A DNA stretch of 64,000 nucleotides from an uncultured Acidimicrobiales bacterium (GCA_963802505.1 CAWDJB010000008.1:134112-198111), one strand, 5' to 3'; positions 48,617 to 58,484 are shown, numbered from the stretch's first letter. Notes: generated by a model from the letters alone, not told the origin. A program made the numbers and translations.

Positions 48617-49623
48617 GTGCTGTGAACCAGCTCGACCAGCCGAGCGAGGACACCCGGATCGGTCTGGGGGAGCACGCCGTGGCCCAAGTTGAAGATGTGG
48701 CGCGGACCCGTCCCCGCGCGGGCGATGACGTCGAGCGCGCGCTGCTCCACCACCGGCCACTCGCCCAGGCAGACCGCGGGATCGAGGTTGCCTTGCAACG
48801 TCACGTCACCGCCGACGCGAGCGCGCGCCACGTCGAGCGGCACCCGCCAGTCGACACCGAGCACGTCGGTTCCGGCAGCCACCATCAGCTCGAGCAGCTC
48901 GCCGGTGCCGACCCCGAAGTGGATACGCGGGACGCCCAGGTCGGCAACGCCCTCGAAGACCTTGCGGCTCGCGGGCAGCACGAGCGACTCGTAGTCGGGC
49001 GCGCTCAGGTCACCCACCCAGCTGTCGAACACCTGCACTGCTCGAGCCCCCGCACCCACCTGCGCGCGCAGCGCGGCGATCGCGAGGTCGGCCAAGCGGT
49101 CGAGCAATTCTCGCCACAGCTCGGGGTCGCCGTACATCAACGCCTTCGTGCGCTCGTACGTCCGCGACGGCCGTCCCTCGATGAGGTAGCTCGCGATCGT
49201 GAACGGCGCGCCGGCAAAGCCGATCACGGGCACGTCGAGCTCCGCGCAGAGGATCTTGATGGTCTCGATCACGTAGGGGATGTCGAGCTCGGCTTCGAGC
49301 GGTCGGATGCGGCCGAGATCGGCGCGAGATCGGAATGGCTGCTCGGTCACTGGACCTGTTCCCGGCGCGACATCGACACCGAAGCCGATCGCCGCGATCG
49401 GCACGACGATGTCGCTGTAGACGATGGCGGCGTCGACGCCGTACCGCCGCACTGGTTGCATCGTGATCTCAGCCGCCACCTCGGGCTTGTGGATCGCGTC
49501 GAGGATGCTGCCCTCACCTCGGATCGCGAGGTACTCCGGCAGTGAGCGGCCCGCCTGGCGCATGAACCAGACCGGCCGCTGTTCGTGCGGCTCACCGCGG
49601 CACGCAGCCAGGAACGCACTCAT
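48613..49623 (-). CDS. hemE: Uroporphyrinogen decarboxylase
   Basis: The ATG at 49623 gives MSAFLAACRGEPHEQRPVWFMRQAGRSLPEY, the hallmark HemE N-terminus. It overlaps the patatin-like stop (ATGA). Confidence 0.92.
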   Translation of the reverse strand: MSAFLAACRGEPHEQRPVWFMRQAGRSLPEYLAIRGEGSILDAIHKPEVAAEITMQPVRRYGVDAAIVYSDIVVPIAAIGFGVDVAPGTGPVTEQPFRSRADLGRIRPLEAELDIPYVIETIKILCAELDVPVIGFAGAPFTIASYLIEGRPSRTYERTKALMYGDPELWRELLDRLADLAIAALRAQVGAGARAVQVFDSWVGDLSAPDYESLVLPASRKVFEGVADLGVPRIHFGVGTGELLELMVAAGTDVLGVDWRVPLDVARARVGGDVTLQGNLDPAVCLGEWPVVEQRALDVIARAGTGPRHIFNLGHGVLPQTDPGVLARLVELVHST

Positions 49624-50615
49624 GCCGCCCCCTTCAACAGCTCCACCGCGGGCGCTGATGCGACATGTGCGAGATGTGCACGCGCCGATCGCTGCGCTTG
49701 CCCGACCACCGAGACCATCCGTGACGAATCCATCGCGTTGATCCCCATGACGCGTGTGTCGACCGTCGTCGGCTCGAAGCACAGGATCGTCGTGCCCGAA
49801 CCGAACGCGCCGAGCTCACGACGCAACGTGCCGCGATGGAAGCCGCGTGTCGCAGCGCGCATGTTGAACAGCAGCGCATCGGTGCGCGCCGACATCGGCG
49901 ACACGACGACGACGAGGTCGAGACCGATGCCGGCGACGAGGTCTGCGTTGGTCGGGGAGTGCGTGCCACCGTCGACGTAACGCTCGCCGTCGATCACGAC
50001 CGGAGCGAAGTAGCCCGGGATGGCCGACGACGCCTCGACCGCCGTGCCGACGTCGGGCTCAGGTGACGCGTCGCGCCCGAAGACGACCCGCGCCCCATCG
50101 CTCAGCCGGAGCGCGCAGATCCAGAGCGGCTCTTCCGGCCAGCGAGTGCGATGGAGCCGACGCATGCGGTCACCCATCCCGGTCGTGGGCACGCGGCCCT
50201 CGGGCGCCAGGGCGGCAAGCGCGCGGCCGGGGCGGAACCGCCACGGGGTCATCAGATCGCGCGCCAGCAACATCGGCGCCTCAGGCAGCGGCATCCGCGC
50301 AGCGACCTGCGGCTGCATGCGCGGCGGTTGCAGGCGCTCCATCCCCTTCAGCAGCGCCGCGCCCTCGGCTGAGAGCGGTTCGCCGGTGATGCGGGCCGCG
50401 AAATCGGGCGCGGCGAGGCCGGCTCGCAACGTCGCGCCGACGCCTGACCCGGCCGAGGTGCCCACGATCACGGCGGCGCGACGCGGGTCCCAGCCGGTGA
50501 CCTCAGCGATCGTGGCGAGCGTGCCTGCGTGGTAGGCGTGACCCACCACGCCACCGGCTCCGAGCACCAGGCCGACGGATGTCACCGGCACATGGTTCCA
50601 CGCAGCCCCGTTCAC
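49620..50615 (-). CDS. Patatin-like phospholipase
   Basis: The oxyanion GxGxxG (LGAGGVVG), the GxSxG serine (GTSAGS) and the DG(G) Asp (VDGGTHSPTN) are present. The start is uncertain (GTG 50615, 50591 or 50660). Confidence 0.8.
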   Translation of the reverse strand: MNGAAWNHVPVTSVGLVLGAGGVVGHAYHAGTLATIAEVTGWDPRRAAVIVGTSAGSGVGATLRAGLAAPDFAARITGEPLSAEGAALLKGMERLQPPRMQPQVAARMPLPEAPMLLARDLMTPWRFRPGRALAALAPEGRVPTTGMGDRMRRLHRTRWPEEPLWICALRLSDGARVVFGRDASPEPDVGTAVEASSAIPGYFAPVVIDGERYVDGGTHSPTNADLVAGIGLDLVVVVSPMSARTDALLFNMRAATRGFHRGTLRRELGAFGSGTTILCFEPTTVDTRVMGINAMDSSRMVSVVGQAQRSARAHLAHVASAPAVELLKGAA

Positions 50616-50638
50616 TCTGAACTCGGCTGCGTGGGAGC

Positions 50639-51868
50639 ATGCGTTCGATGTCGACGCCACAGGTGTTCTTCAACCCGCTCGATCCCGACGTGCGAGCGAA
50701 CCCTTATCCCCACTACGCGGAGCTGCGGGCCGTCGATCCCGTGCACCGCAGCCCGTTCGGGCTTGTCGTGCTGACGCGCTACGACGACTGCGCCAAGGTG
50801 CTGCGCGACGCCCGCTTCAGTGCTGACATCGCGGCGAACGCGAACGTCGAAGGCGTGGGTCTCTTCGGCAATCAGGACGAGTCCCAGGCCGGCGACGAGG
50901 GATTCAACGAGTCGCTTCTCAACCTCGACCCGCCGAAGCACACCCGTGTGCGAGGGCTCGCGGCGCGAGCGTTCACGCCGAAAGCCATCGAGGCGTGGCG
51001 ACCCCGCGTCGTCGAGATGGTCGACGAGATCCTCGACAAGGTTGCGGCCGACGGCGGATGCGACCTTGTGAGCACGCTCGCGTTTCCACTGCCGTTTCAG
51101 GTGATCTCCGAGCTGCTCGGCATGCCGACCGATCGGCGTGACGAGCTCCGGGCGTGGTCGCAGGCGATCACGCTCACCCTCGAGCCGTTGATCTCCGCGG
51201 AGGAGCGCGCGGCGGCAACCGAAGCGGCAGAGCACATGCGCGAGTTCGTCGAGGCGGTGATCGCGGAGCGCCGCAAGGCGCCGCGCGAGAACGATCTGCT
51301 CTCGGCGCTCATCGCCGCGGAGGAGGAAGGCGAGCGCCTCTCGACCACCGAGCTCGTGAGCATGGTGCTGCTGCTGTTCGTCGCGGGGCACGAGACGACG
51401 GTGAACCTGATCGGCAACGGCACCCGGCTGCTCATGGAGCATCCCGACGTGTTGGCCCGGTTCCGCGCCGATCCCGCTGTTGACGCGACCGCGGTCGACG
51501 AGCTGCTGCGCATGGACGGGCCCGTGCAGTTCACGGCCCGCGCGGTGCTCGAGGCCGTCGAGTTCGGCGACGACGTGGTCGAGAAGGGCTCGGTCGTCAT
51601 GCCCGTGCTCGGCGCCGCGAACCACGACCCCGCGCACTTCGCCGACCCCGACGCTCTGCTGATCGATCGCGCGAATGCCGCCTCGCACCTCGCGCTCGGG
51701 TCTGGCATCCACTTCTGCCTCGGAGCGTCGCTCGCTCGGCTCGAGGCACAAGTTGCCATCGGAAGATTTCTCCGGCGGTTCCCGACGGTCGAGTACGCCG
51801 GCGAACCCGAGTGGGCTCCGCGCATCTCGCTGCGGGGCATGGCCAAGCTGCCGCTCGAGGTCGCGTGA
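50639..51868 (+). CDS. Cytochrome P450
   Basis: 409 aa. It has I-helix FVAGHETT, ExxR (ELLR) and the heme loop GSGIHFCLGASLAR. Confidence 0.92.
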   Translation: MRSMSTPQVFFNPLDPDVRANPYPHYAELRAVDPVHRSPFGLVVLTRYDDCAKVLRDARFSADIAANANVEGVGLFGNQDESQAGDEGFNESLLNLDPPKHTRVRGLAARAFTPKAIEAWRPRVVEMVDEILDKVAADGGCDLVSTLAFPLPFQVISELLGMPTDRRDELRAWSQAITLTLEPLISAEERAAATEAAEHMREFVEAVIAERRKAPRENDLLSALIAAEEEGERLSTTELVSMVLLLFVAGHETTVNLIGNGTRLLMEHPDVLARFRADPAVDATAVDELLRMDGPVQFTARAVLEAVEFGDDVVEKGSVVMPVLGAANHDPAHFADPDALLIDRANAASHLALGSGIHFCLGASLARLEAQVAIGRFLRRFPTVEYAGEPEWAPRISLRGMAKLPLEVA

Positions 51869-52710
51869 AGCCCCCGCCGTTCGTCTACGTCGCCCCGACC
51901 TCGCTCGACGAGGCCGTCACCGCGCTGGCCGAGCACGGCGAGGACGCGAAGGTGCTGGCCGGGGGGCAGAGCCTCATCCCGCTGATGTCGTTGCGGCTTG
52001 CTCGGCCCACAGCCCTCGTCGACCTCAACGGCGTCGCCGAGCTGTCGTCGATTGCGGTCAACGGGATGACCTCCATCGGAGCGATGACTCGTCACCGAGC
52101 GGTCGAGCGCTCGGCCGACGTCGCGAAGCAGGTTCCCCTGCTCGCGGCCGCCGTTCCCTACATCGGGCACGTCGCGATCCGCACTCGGGGCACGATCGGC
52201 GGCAGCCTGGCTCACGCCGATCCCGCCGCCGAGCTCCCTGCCATCGCGCTCGCCCTCGACGCGACCTTCGAGGCCACGAGCACCCGTGGCACCCGCACGA
52301 TCAGCGCGGCCGACTTCTTCGTCGGGTACTTCACGACCGCCCTCGAGGCGGACGAGATCCTGACGAAGGTCACGTTCCCGAACGCCGCTCCGGGCACCGG
52401 TGTGTCGGTGCAGGAGATGGCGCGTCGCCACGGCGACTTCGCGATGGTGGCTGCCGCGGCTTCGGTCGCGCCGGGCGGCGACGTGCGCATCGCGCTCATC
52501 AACGTCTCCGACCGGCCGGTCAGAGCGGTCGAGGCCGAGGCCGCGATGAGGCAAGGAGCGCAGATCGACGAGGTTGCCGCGCTTGCCGCGCGCGATCTCG
52601 AACCGACCGCCGACCTGCACGCGAGCGCCGCGTATCGCCGCTCGGTCGCGCAGGTGCTGGTCCGTCGAGCACTGACCGAAGCCGCAGCACGAGCGAAGGA
52701 CGCCTCATGA
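51865..52710 (+). CDS. Xanthine dehydrogenase-family FAD-binding (medium, CoxM-like) subunit
   Basis: The GTG at 51865 overlaps the P450 stop (GTGA). VLAGGQSLIPLMSLRLARP...IRTRGTIGGSLAH... is the FAD-binding PCMH-type domain. Confidence 0.88.
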   Translation: MKPPPFVYVAPTSLDEAVTALAEHGEDAKVLAGGQSLIPLMSLRLARPTALVDLNGVAELSSIAVNGMTSIGAMTRHRAVERSADVAKQVPLLAAAVPYIGHVAIRTRGTIGGSLAHADPAAELPAIALALDATFEATSTRGTRTISAADFFVGYFTTALEADEILTKVTFPNAAPGTGVSVQEMARRHGDFAMVAAAASVAPGGDVRIALINVSDRPVRAVEAEAAMRQGAQIDEVAALAARDLEPTADLHASAAYRRSVAQVLVRRALTEAAARAKDAS

Positions 52711-53186
52711 CCGACACTCTTTCGATCTCTTTCGAGGTGAACGGCCAGCGCCGGCAAGGCGAGGCCGAGCCGCGCAAGACCCTCGCCGACTTCCTCCGGG
52801 AGGATCTCGAGCTGACGGGCACGCACCTCGGCTGCGAGCACGGCGTGTGCGGCGCGTGCACCGTCCTGCTCGACGGCGAACCGGTGCGCTCGTGCCTGAT
52901 GCTCGCGGTGCAAGCGCGTGGCGCGAGCGTCACGACGATCGAGGGCCTCGCTTCCGGTGACGTGATGAACCCGCTGCAGGAGGCGCTTCGTGACGAGCAC
53001 TCGTTCCAATGCGGCTTCTGCACTCCCGGCTTCCTCATGCAGATGACCGCGTTGCTCGGTGAGAACCCGACGCCGACCGAAGCCGAGATCCGCGAGTCGC
53101 TGTCGGGGAACATCTGCCGCTGCACGGGCTACGAGACGATCATCAACGGCGTGCTCGCAGCAGCCGGGATAGGAGCGGAGCGATGA
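52707..53186 (+). CDS. (2Fe-2S)-binding small (CoxS-like) subunit
   Basis: 159 aa with an ATGA overlap to coxM-like. Both Cys clusters are present (GCEHGVCGACTV and CGFCTPGF...CRCTGY). Confidence 0.92.
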   Translation: MTDTLSISFEVNGQRRQGEAEPRKTLADFLREDLELTGTHLGCEHGVCGACTVLLDGEPVRSCLMLAVQARGASVTTIEGLASGDVMNPLQEALRDEHSFQCGFCTPGFLMQMTALLGENPTPTEAEIRESLSGNICRCTGYETIINGVLAAAGIGAER

Positions 53187-55504
53187 CCACAGTGCTGCCC
53201 GCGCAGCGGTTCGTCGGGTCGAGCGTCCTGCGCTCGGAGGATCGCCGCATCCTCACGGGTTCCGGTCGCTACGTCGACGACGTCCAGCTCCCCGGGATGC
53301 TCCACGCGACGTTCGTGCGCAGCCCGGTCGCCCACGCGCTCATCACGTCGGTCGACGTCAGCGAAGCGCGCGCCCTTCCAGGAGTCGTGGCGGTCTACAC
53401 CGGCGCCGACATCCAGGCACTCCTCGCTCCCGGTGCACCACCGCTCACGCTGTTCCCCGGGCTGCCGGCATCGCCGTTCACGATCCTCGCGACCGACAAG
53501 GTGCGCCTCGTCGGCGATCCGATCGCCCTCGTGATCGCCGAGACGAAGTACGTGGCGGAAGACGGCGCCGAGCTGGTCGAGATCGACTACGACGATCTGC
53601 GACCGGTCGCTTCGTCCGCCGATGCCCTCGACCCGACCAGCACGCCGATCTTCGAAGACGCGGGCAGCAACGTCCTCGTGAACGGGCGCACCTCGAGCTA
53701 CGGCGACCTCGACGCGGTGTTCGAGAAGGCCGACCGGGTCGTCTCCGCCAAGATCGATCAGCACCGCCATCAGAACGTGCCGATGGAGTGCCGCGGCAGC
53801 ATCTCGAGCTTCGATCCCGAGACCGGGATGCTGACGGTCCATGGATCGAACCAGGGTGTGCACCTCGCGAAGATGACGCTCTGCGGGCAGCTCGGCATCG
53901 CGCCCGACAAGGTGCGCGTGCTCTGCGGCGACATCGGGGGGTCGTTCGGTCTGAAGATCGGCACGTCGCGTGAGGACCTCGCATGCGCCGCCGCGTCACG
54001 CGACCTCGGCCGCCCGGTGAAGTGGATCGAGGATCGCCGCGAGCACCTGATGGCCTCGGGCCAGGCGCGCGAGGAGAGCATGATCGCCGAGGCTGCCGTG
54101 ACCAACGAGGGCAACGTGCTCGGCTTGAAGGTCGACATGACCGTCGACACCGGCGCTTACCCCGGCATGGGCGCCATGATCAGCGGGCTCATCGAGTCGA
54201 TGCTGCCGGGCCCCTACAAGATGGAAGCGCTCGGCTTCACCTTCAGCGCGACCGTCACGAACAAGGCGCAGTACGTCGCGTACCGGGGTCCGTGGGCCGC
54301 GGAGACCTTCACGCGCGAGCGCCTGCTCGACATCGTCGCCCACGAGGTCGGCATCGAGCCCCTCGATCTCCGACTGCGCAACGTCGTGACCCGCGGCGAG
54401 CCGCCGCTCCAGATGATCACGGGCCGCAGCCTCGTCGGCGTCACGACCCGCGAGTCACTCGAGCGCATGGCCGAGATCATCGACCTGCCGGCGTTCCGCG
54501 CTCGTCAGGCCGCGGCGCGCGCCGAGGGTCGCCATCTCGGGCTCGGCGTGGCCACCTTCATCGAGGCCGCACCGGGCCCTCGCGAGGAAGGCGGCGGAGG
54601 CGGGATGATGGGCCCGGAGCAGATGCGGATGCGGCTCGAATCCGACGGCATGGTCTCGGTGTTCACGTCGCAGATGCCGCACGGCCAGGGGCACGAGACG
54701 ACGTTCGCTCAGATCGCGGCGGATGAGGTCGGCGTGCCGTTCGAGCAGGTCAGAGTCGTCGCCGGCGACAGCGACAGCGCGCCGATGGGCTTCGGCACCG
54801 GCGGCAGCCGCGCCGCGACGATGGCCGGGGGAGCGACGTTGCACACCGCGCGTGCGCTTCGCGATCGCATCCTCGAGACATCGGCCGATCTGCTCGAAGC
54901 GAGTGCAGGCGACCTCGAGCTCATCGAGGGCAAGGTCTCGGTACGAGGGGTGCCCGTCAGCGCGATCACGCTTGCGGATGTCGCGGCGGGCGCGCCCGAG
55001 CCGCTCGAAGCGACCCGTGCGTTCGACGGCGGCGAAGGCGGCTGGTCGAGCGGCACCCACTGCGCGATCGTCGAGGTCGACGTCGAGACCGGTCAGGTGA
55101 CGATCGAGCGCTACATCGTCGTCGAGGACTGCGGCGCGCTCATCAACCCTGCGATCGTCGAGGGACAGGTGCGCGGCGGAGTCGCGCAAGGCATCGGTGC
55201 TGTCCTGCTCGAGCGCTCCGCGTACGACGACAACGCGCAGTTCCTCGCGGGCACGTTCATGGACTACCTGCTGCCGACCGCGACCGAGATCCCGCGCATC
55301 GAGATCCACCATCTCGAGACGGTGCCCCTCGACCCGGACGTCAACTTCCGCGGCGTGGGCGAGGGCGGGATGATCGTGTCGCCGCCGACCTTGTGCAACG
55401 CGATCGAAGACGCGTTGGCGCCGTTCGGTGTCACGATCACCGAGCAGCACCTGCCTCCGGCGCGCATCCTCGAGCTGATCGGCGCGATCCAGCCGGATCA
55501 GTAG
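53183..55504 (+). CDS. Xanthine dehydrogenase-family molybdopterin-binding large (CoxL-like) subunit; not a bona fide CO dehydrogenase
   Basis: 773 aa with an ATGA overlap to coxS-like. Aldehyde oxidase/XDH hammerhead and MoCo-binding blocks are present. The active-site-loop region reads YVAYRGPWAAE rather than the CODH AYRCSFR motif. Confidence 0.9.
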   Translation: MTTVLPAQRFVGSSVLRSEDRRILTGSGRYVDDVQLPGMLHATFVRSPVAHALITSVDVSEARALPGVVAVYTGADIQALLAPGAPPLTLFPGLPASPFTILATDKVRLVGDPIALVIAETKYVAEDGAELVEIDYDDLRPVASSADALDPTSTPIFEDAGSNVLVNGRTSSYGDLDAVFEKADRVVSAKIDQHRHQNVPMECRGSISSFDPETGMLTVHGSNQGVHLAKMTLCGQLGIAPDKVRVLCGDIGGSFGLKIGTSREDLACAAASRDLGRPVKWIEDRREHLMASGQAREESMIAEAAVTNEGNVLGLKVDMTVDTGAYPGMGAMISGLIESMLPGPYKMEALGFTFSATVTNKAQYVAYRGPWAAETFTRERLLDIVAHEVGIEPLDLRLRNVVTRGEPPLQMITGRSLVGVTTRESLERMAEIIDLPAFRARQAAARAEGRHLGLGVATFIEAAPGPREEGGGGGMMGPEQMRMRLESDGMVSVFTSQMPHGQGHETTFAQIAADEVGVPFEQVRVVAGDSDSAPMGFGTGGSRAATMAGGATLHTARALRDRILETSADLLEASAGDLELIEGKVSVRGVPVSAITLADVAAGAPEPLEATRAFDGGEGGWSSGTHCAIVEVDVETGQVTIERYIVVEDCGALINPAIVEGQVRGGVAQGIGAVLLERSAYDDNAQFLAGTFMDYLLPTATEIPRIEIHHLETVPLDPDVNFRGVGEGGMIVSPPTLCNAIEDALAPFGVTITEQHLPPARILELIGAIQPDQ

Positions 55505-56322
55505 CGCAGCTCCGCGACGACGCCGTAGTGGTCCGACGGCACCACGCCGTCGATCGCGTCGCGACCGATCACTTCCGCTCGCACCACATGGCCGCGGCCG
55601 CCTTCCTTGGGCCAGCCCGCGAACACGTAGTCGATGCGGCGCGCCGGCTCGAGGTCGAGCGCCGCATACGGGTTGTCGTTCGACCACGTCATCCCAGCGC
55701 CGTCGCCGGCCACCTCCCACGCGTCGTGGAAGACGAGCTTGGGAGCCGCGACAGCCATGCGACCGGTGAGGATCCGGATCTCGTCGCTGTCGGGCGCTGC
55801 GTTCATGTCGCCGGTGAGGATCGGCGGGTAGTCGCGGGGCCGGCATTCGTCGACGAAGGCACCGACGAGCCGCACCTGCTCTTGGCGCACCTCACTGTGG
55901 TCGAACCGCCAGTTGAGGTGTGTGCAGAAGACTTGGATCGCGCCGCGCGGGCCGTCGATCTCCGCGAACAGGACGGTGCGCCGCTCGTCCGGCGCGCCAC
56001 CGGCCGGGAGTGGACGCCACGACGTCCTCAAGATCGGCCAGCGGCTGACGATCGCGTTGCCCGAATGCACCGGCCCGTCGTCGTTGCACGAGTGCACGTG
56101 ATGGAACCCGAGCCGCTCCCCGACGAGCGCGGCCATGCTGCTCTCCGGCGCGCTCCACGCCTCCTGCAGGCAAGCGACGTCGGGGTCGAGCGCGGCGATC
56201 GTCGCCAGGATCGCGGGCTGACGTGCCTCCCACGGCCCGAACCGCCCCCACAAATTCCACGAGAGCACGCGCACCCGGCTTTCCACCAGTGGGCCGTACG
56301 CACTCACGAGCTCTCCAGACAT
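55498..56322 (-). CDS. Endonuclease/exonuclease/phosphatase (EEP) family protein
   Basis: 274 aa. VLSWNLWG...DVACLQEAW...FCTHLNW...GDMNA...PSDHYGV is the EEP catalytic signature. Confidence 0.8.
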   Translation of the reverse strand: MSGELVSAYGPLVESRVRVLSWNLWGRFGPWEARQPAILATIAALDPDVACLQEAWSAPESSMAALVGERLGFHHVHSCNDDGPVHSGNAIVSRWPILRTSWRPLPAGGAPDERRTVLFAEIDGPRGAIQVFCTHLNWRFDHSEVRQEQVRLVGAFVDECRPRDYPPILTGDMNAAPDSDEIRILTGRMAVAAPKLVFHDAWEVAGDGAGMTWSNDNPYAALDLEPARRIDYVFAGWPKEGGRGHVVRAEVIGRDAIDGVVPSDHYGVVAELRY

Positions 56323-56414
56323 CTCGCGATGGTGCCGTAGTTCTGTGAGGAGGCGCAGGTACGATTGCTCTTCCCCTTTTGTGGCTCACACCCTGAACCC
56401 TGCCGGGACGGTCG

Positions 56415-58475
56415 ATGTCGCAACATCCCGAGCTCGTCGAAGAGCAGGCCTACATCGAGCACGCGTACGAGTGCCTCGACCGGGCCCGTGACCAGGCAAT
56501 TCGCCTTCGGGGTTTGACCGAGGTCGGCCGGGGCGGCACGCACCAAGCCCGCTACGAGCGTGACGTGATCGAAGAGACCGTCCGCAACCGGCTCGCCCAC
56601 CTCGAGATCGGCGATGCCGCGCTGGTCTTCGGCCGGATCGACCGCGACACGGGCGAGGCCTTCCACATCGGCCGTCTGGCCGTCGCGGACGAACGCCAGG
56701 AGCCCGTCGTCGTCGACTGGCGCGCGCCGGTGGCCGAGCCCTTCTACCGCGCCACGGGTCGCGCCCCGATGGGCCTCACGCGGCGCCGGCACTTCGCGTT
56801 GAAGGGCCGTGCCCTCGTGGGCATCGAGGACGAGGTCTTCGACGGCAACATGAACGGTGACGGCAACGGCCTCGTCGGCCCCGGTGCGCTCATCGCCGCG
56901 CTCGAGCAGTCGCGCACCGGCCAGCTCGGCGACATCGTCGCGACGATCCAGGCCGAGCAGGACGAGATCATCCGGTCGCCCCTCCCCGGCGTGCTCGTCG
57001 TGCAGGGCGGTCCGGGCACAGGCAAGACCGTCGTCGCGCTGCACCGCGCGGCCTACCTGCTCTACACGTATCGGTTCCCGCTCGAAGACCAGGGTGTGCT
57101 CGTCGTCGGTCCGAACCGCGTGTTTCTGCGCTACATCCACCGAGTCCTTCCCTCGCTCGGCGAGACGGGTGTCGAGCAGGTGGTGCTCGCCGATCTCGTG
57201 CCGGCGGTGAAGGTGCACGCGACCGAGGCGACCGCGGTCGCTCGGATCAAGGGCGACGTGCGCATGGCGACCCTCCTCGCGAACGCGGTCCGCGATCGGC
57301 AGCGGCCGCTCACGCGTGACCTCGTCGTGCCGTTCGGGCTCACCCGGCTCCGGATCGACGTGGAGACGTCACGTCGCATCGTGCGCGGTGCGAGCCGGCG
57401 CGCGCACACGCACAACGCGGGCCGCAAGTTCGTCGAGCAGTCCCTGTTCGACGCGCTCGCGGCCAGCAGCCGCGACCAGATCGACGCCCGAACGGTGCGC
57501 GAGCGCACGCGGTCGACCGACGAGGTGCGCGCCGCGCTCGAGGCGATGTGGCCGGTGCTCACGCCGGCGCAGCTCTTGCACGACTTGTTCGGCTCTGCGG
57601 CACTCGTACGACTCGCGTCGCGCCGCGCCTTCGACGAGGGTGAGGCCGAGCTGCTCGTGCGACCCCGGTCTGAGCATGTCGACGATGTCCGGTGGACCGA
57701 CGCGGACATCCCGCTCCTCGACGAAGCGCTCGCTCTGCTCGGCCCGCGTCCCTCGCGCAATGGCTCGGAGCCCGAGGAGATGCGCACGTACGGGCACATC
57801 GTCGTCGACGAGGCACAGGACCTCACGCCGATGGCCCTGCGGATGCTGACCCGCCGTTCGCTCAGCGGCTCGATGACTGTCGTCGGCGACCTCGCGCAAG
57901 CGACGGGCGCGCTCGCTCCGAACAGCTGGGACGACGTGCTCGCACACCTACCCTCTCGCAAGCCCGCTCGCGTGCACGAGCTCACCATCGGCTACCGCAT
58001 CCCTGCGCAGTCGATGGCCCTCGCGGCCCGCGTGCTGTCGGTCGCCGCTCCTGGCCTTCAGCCGCCGCGATCGGTTCGCGACGGCGAGGTCGCGCCGCTG
58101 ATCCGCCGCACTGCTCCGGGCGAGCTCGGCAGCGAGGTCGCCTCGATGGTCGAGTCGCTCCTCGCCGACCTCGGCGACGGGTCGGTCGCAGTCGTCACGC
58201 CGGGGTCGCAAGCCGACGCGGTCGCCGGCGCGCTCGAGGCTCGCGGCATCACGATCGGTCGGGCGGCGCGTCAGGCGCTCGACGCACAGGTGACGGTGGT
58301 CCCGGTCGGTCTGGTGAAGGGTCTCGAGCTCGACGGCGTGGTCGTCGTCGAGCCCGCCCGCATCGTCACCGAGGAGCAGCAGGGGCTGCGTGCCCTCTAC
58401 GTCGCGCTCACGCGTGCGACCAAGCGGCTGGTGATCGTCCACGCCGAGCCGCTGCCCGACGCGCTCGCGGAGTGA
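56415..58475 (+). CDS. helD: HelD-family (helicase IV-like, UvrD superfamily 1) RNA polymerase-associated ATPase
   Basis: 686 aa. The N-terminal region (...YIGRL-like HIGRLAV...VVDWRAPVAEPFYRAT) is followed by Walker A VQGGPGTGKTVVALHRAAYLLY, then HIVVDEAQD and the C-terminal YVALTRATKRL. Confidence 0.85.
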   Translation: MSQHPELVEEQAYIEHAYECLDRARDQAIRLRGLTEVGRGGTHQARYERDVIEETVRNRLAHLEIGDAALVFGRIDRDTGEAFHIGRLAVADERQEPVVVDWRAPVAEPFYRATGRAPMGLTRRRHFALKGRALVGIEDEVFDGNMNGDGNGLVGPGALIAALEQSRTGQLGDIVATIQAEQDEIIRSPLPGVLVVQGGPGTGKTVVALHRAAYLLYTYRFPLEDQGVLVVGPNRVFLRYIHRVLPSLGETGVEQVVLADLVPAVKVHATEATAVARIKGDVRMATLLANAVRDRQRPLTRDLVVPFGLTRLRIDVETSRRIVRGASRRAHTHNAGRKFVEQSLFDALAASSRDQIDARTVRERTRSTDEVRAALEAMWPVLTPAQLLHDLFGSAALVRLASRRAFDEGEAELLVRPRSEHVDDVRWTDADIPLLDEALALLGPRPSRNGSEPEEMRTYGHIVVDEAQDLTPMALRMLTRRSLSGSMTVVGDLAQATGALAPNSWDDVLAHLPSRKPARVHELTIGYRIPAQSMALAARVLSVAAPGLQPPRSVRDGEVAPLIRRTAPGELGSEVASMVESLLADLGDGSVAVVTPGSQADAVAGALEARGITIGRAARQALDAQVTVVPVGLVKGLELDGVVVVEPARIVTEEQQGLRALYVALTRATKRLVIVHAEPLPDALAE

Positions 58476-58484
58476 CGCTCAATC

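Noticed and set aside
53183-55504. Aerobic carbon monoxide dehydrogenase (coxMSL)
   Set aside because: The gene order matches cox operons, but the large subunit lacks the CODH active-site loop motif (AYRCSFR) and reads AYRGPW instead. It was called only as an XDH-family molybdenum hydroxylase.
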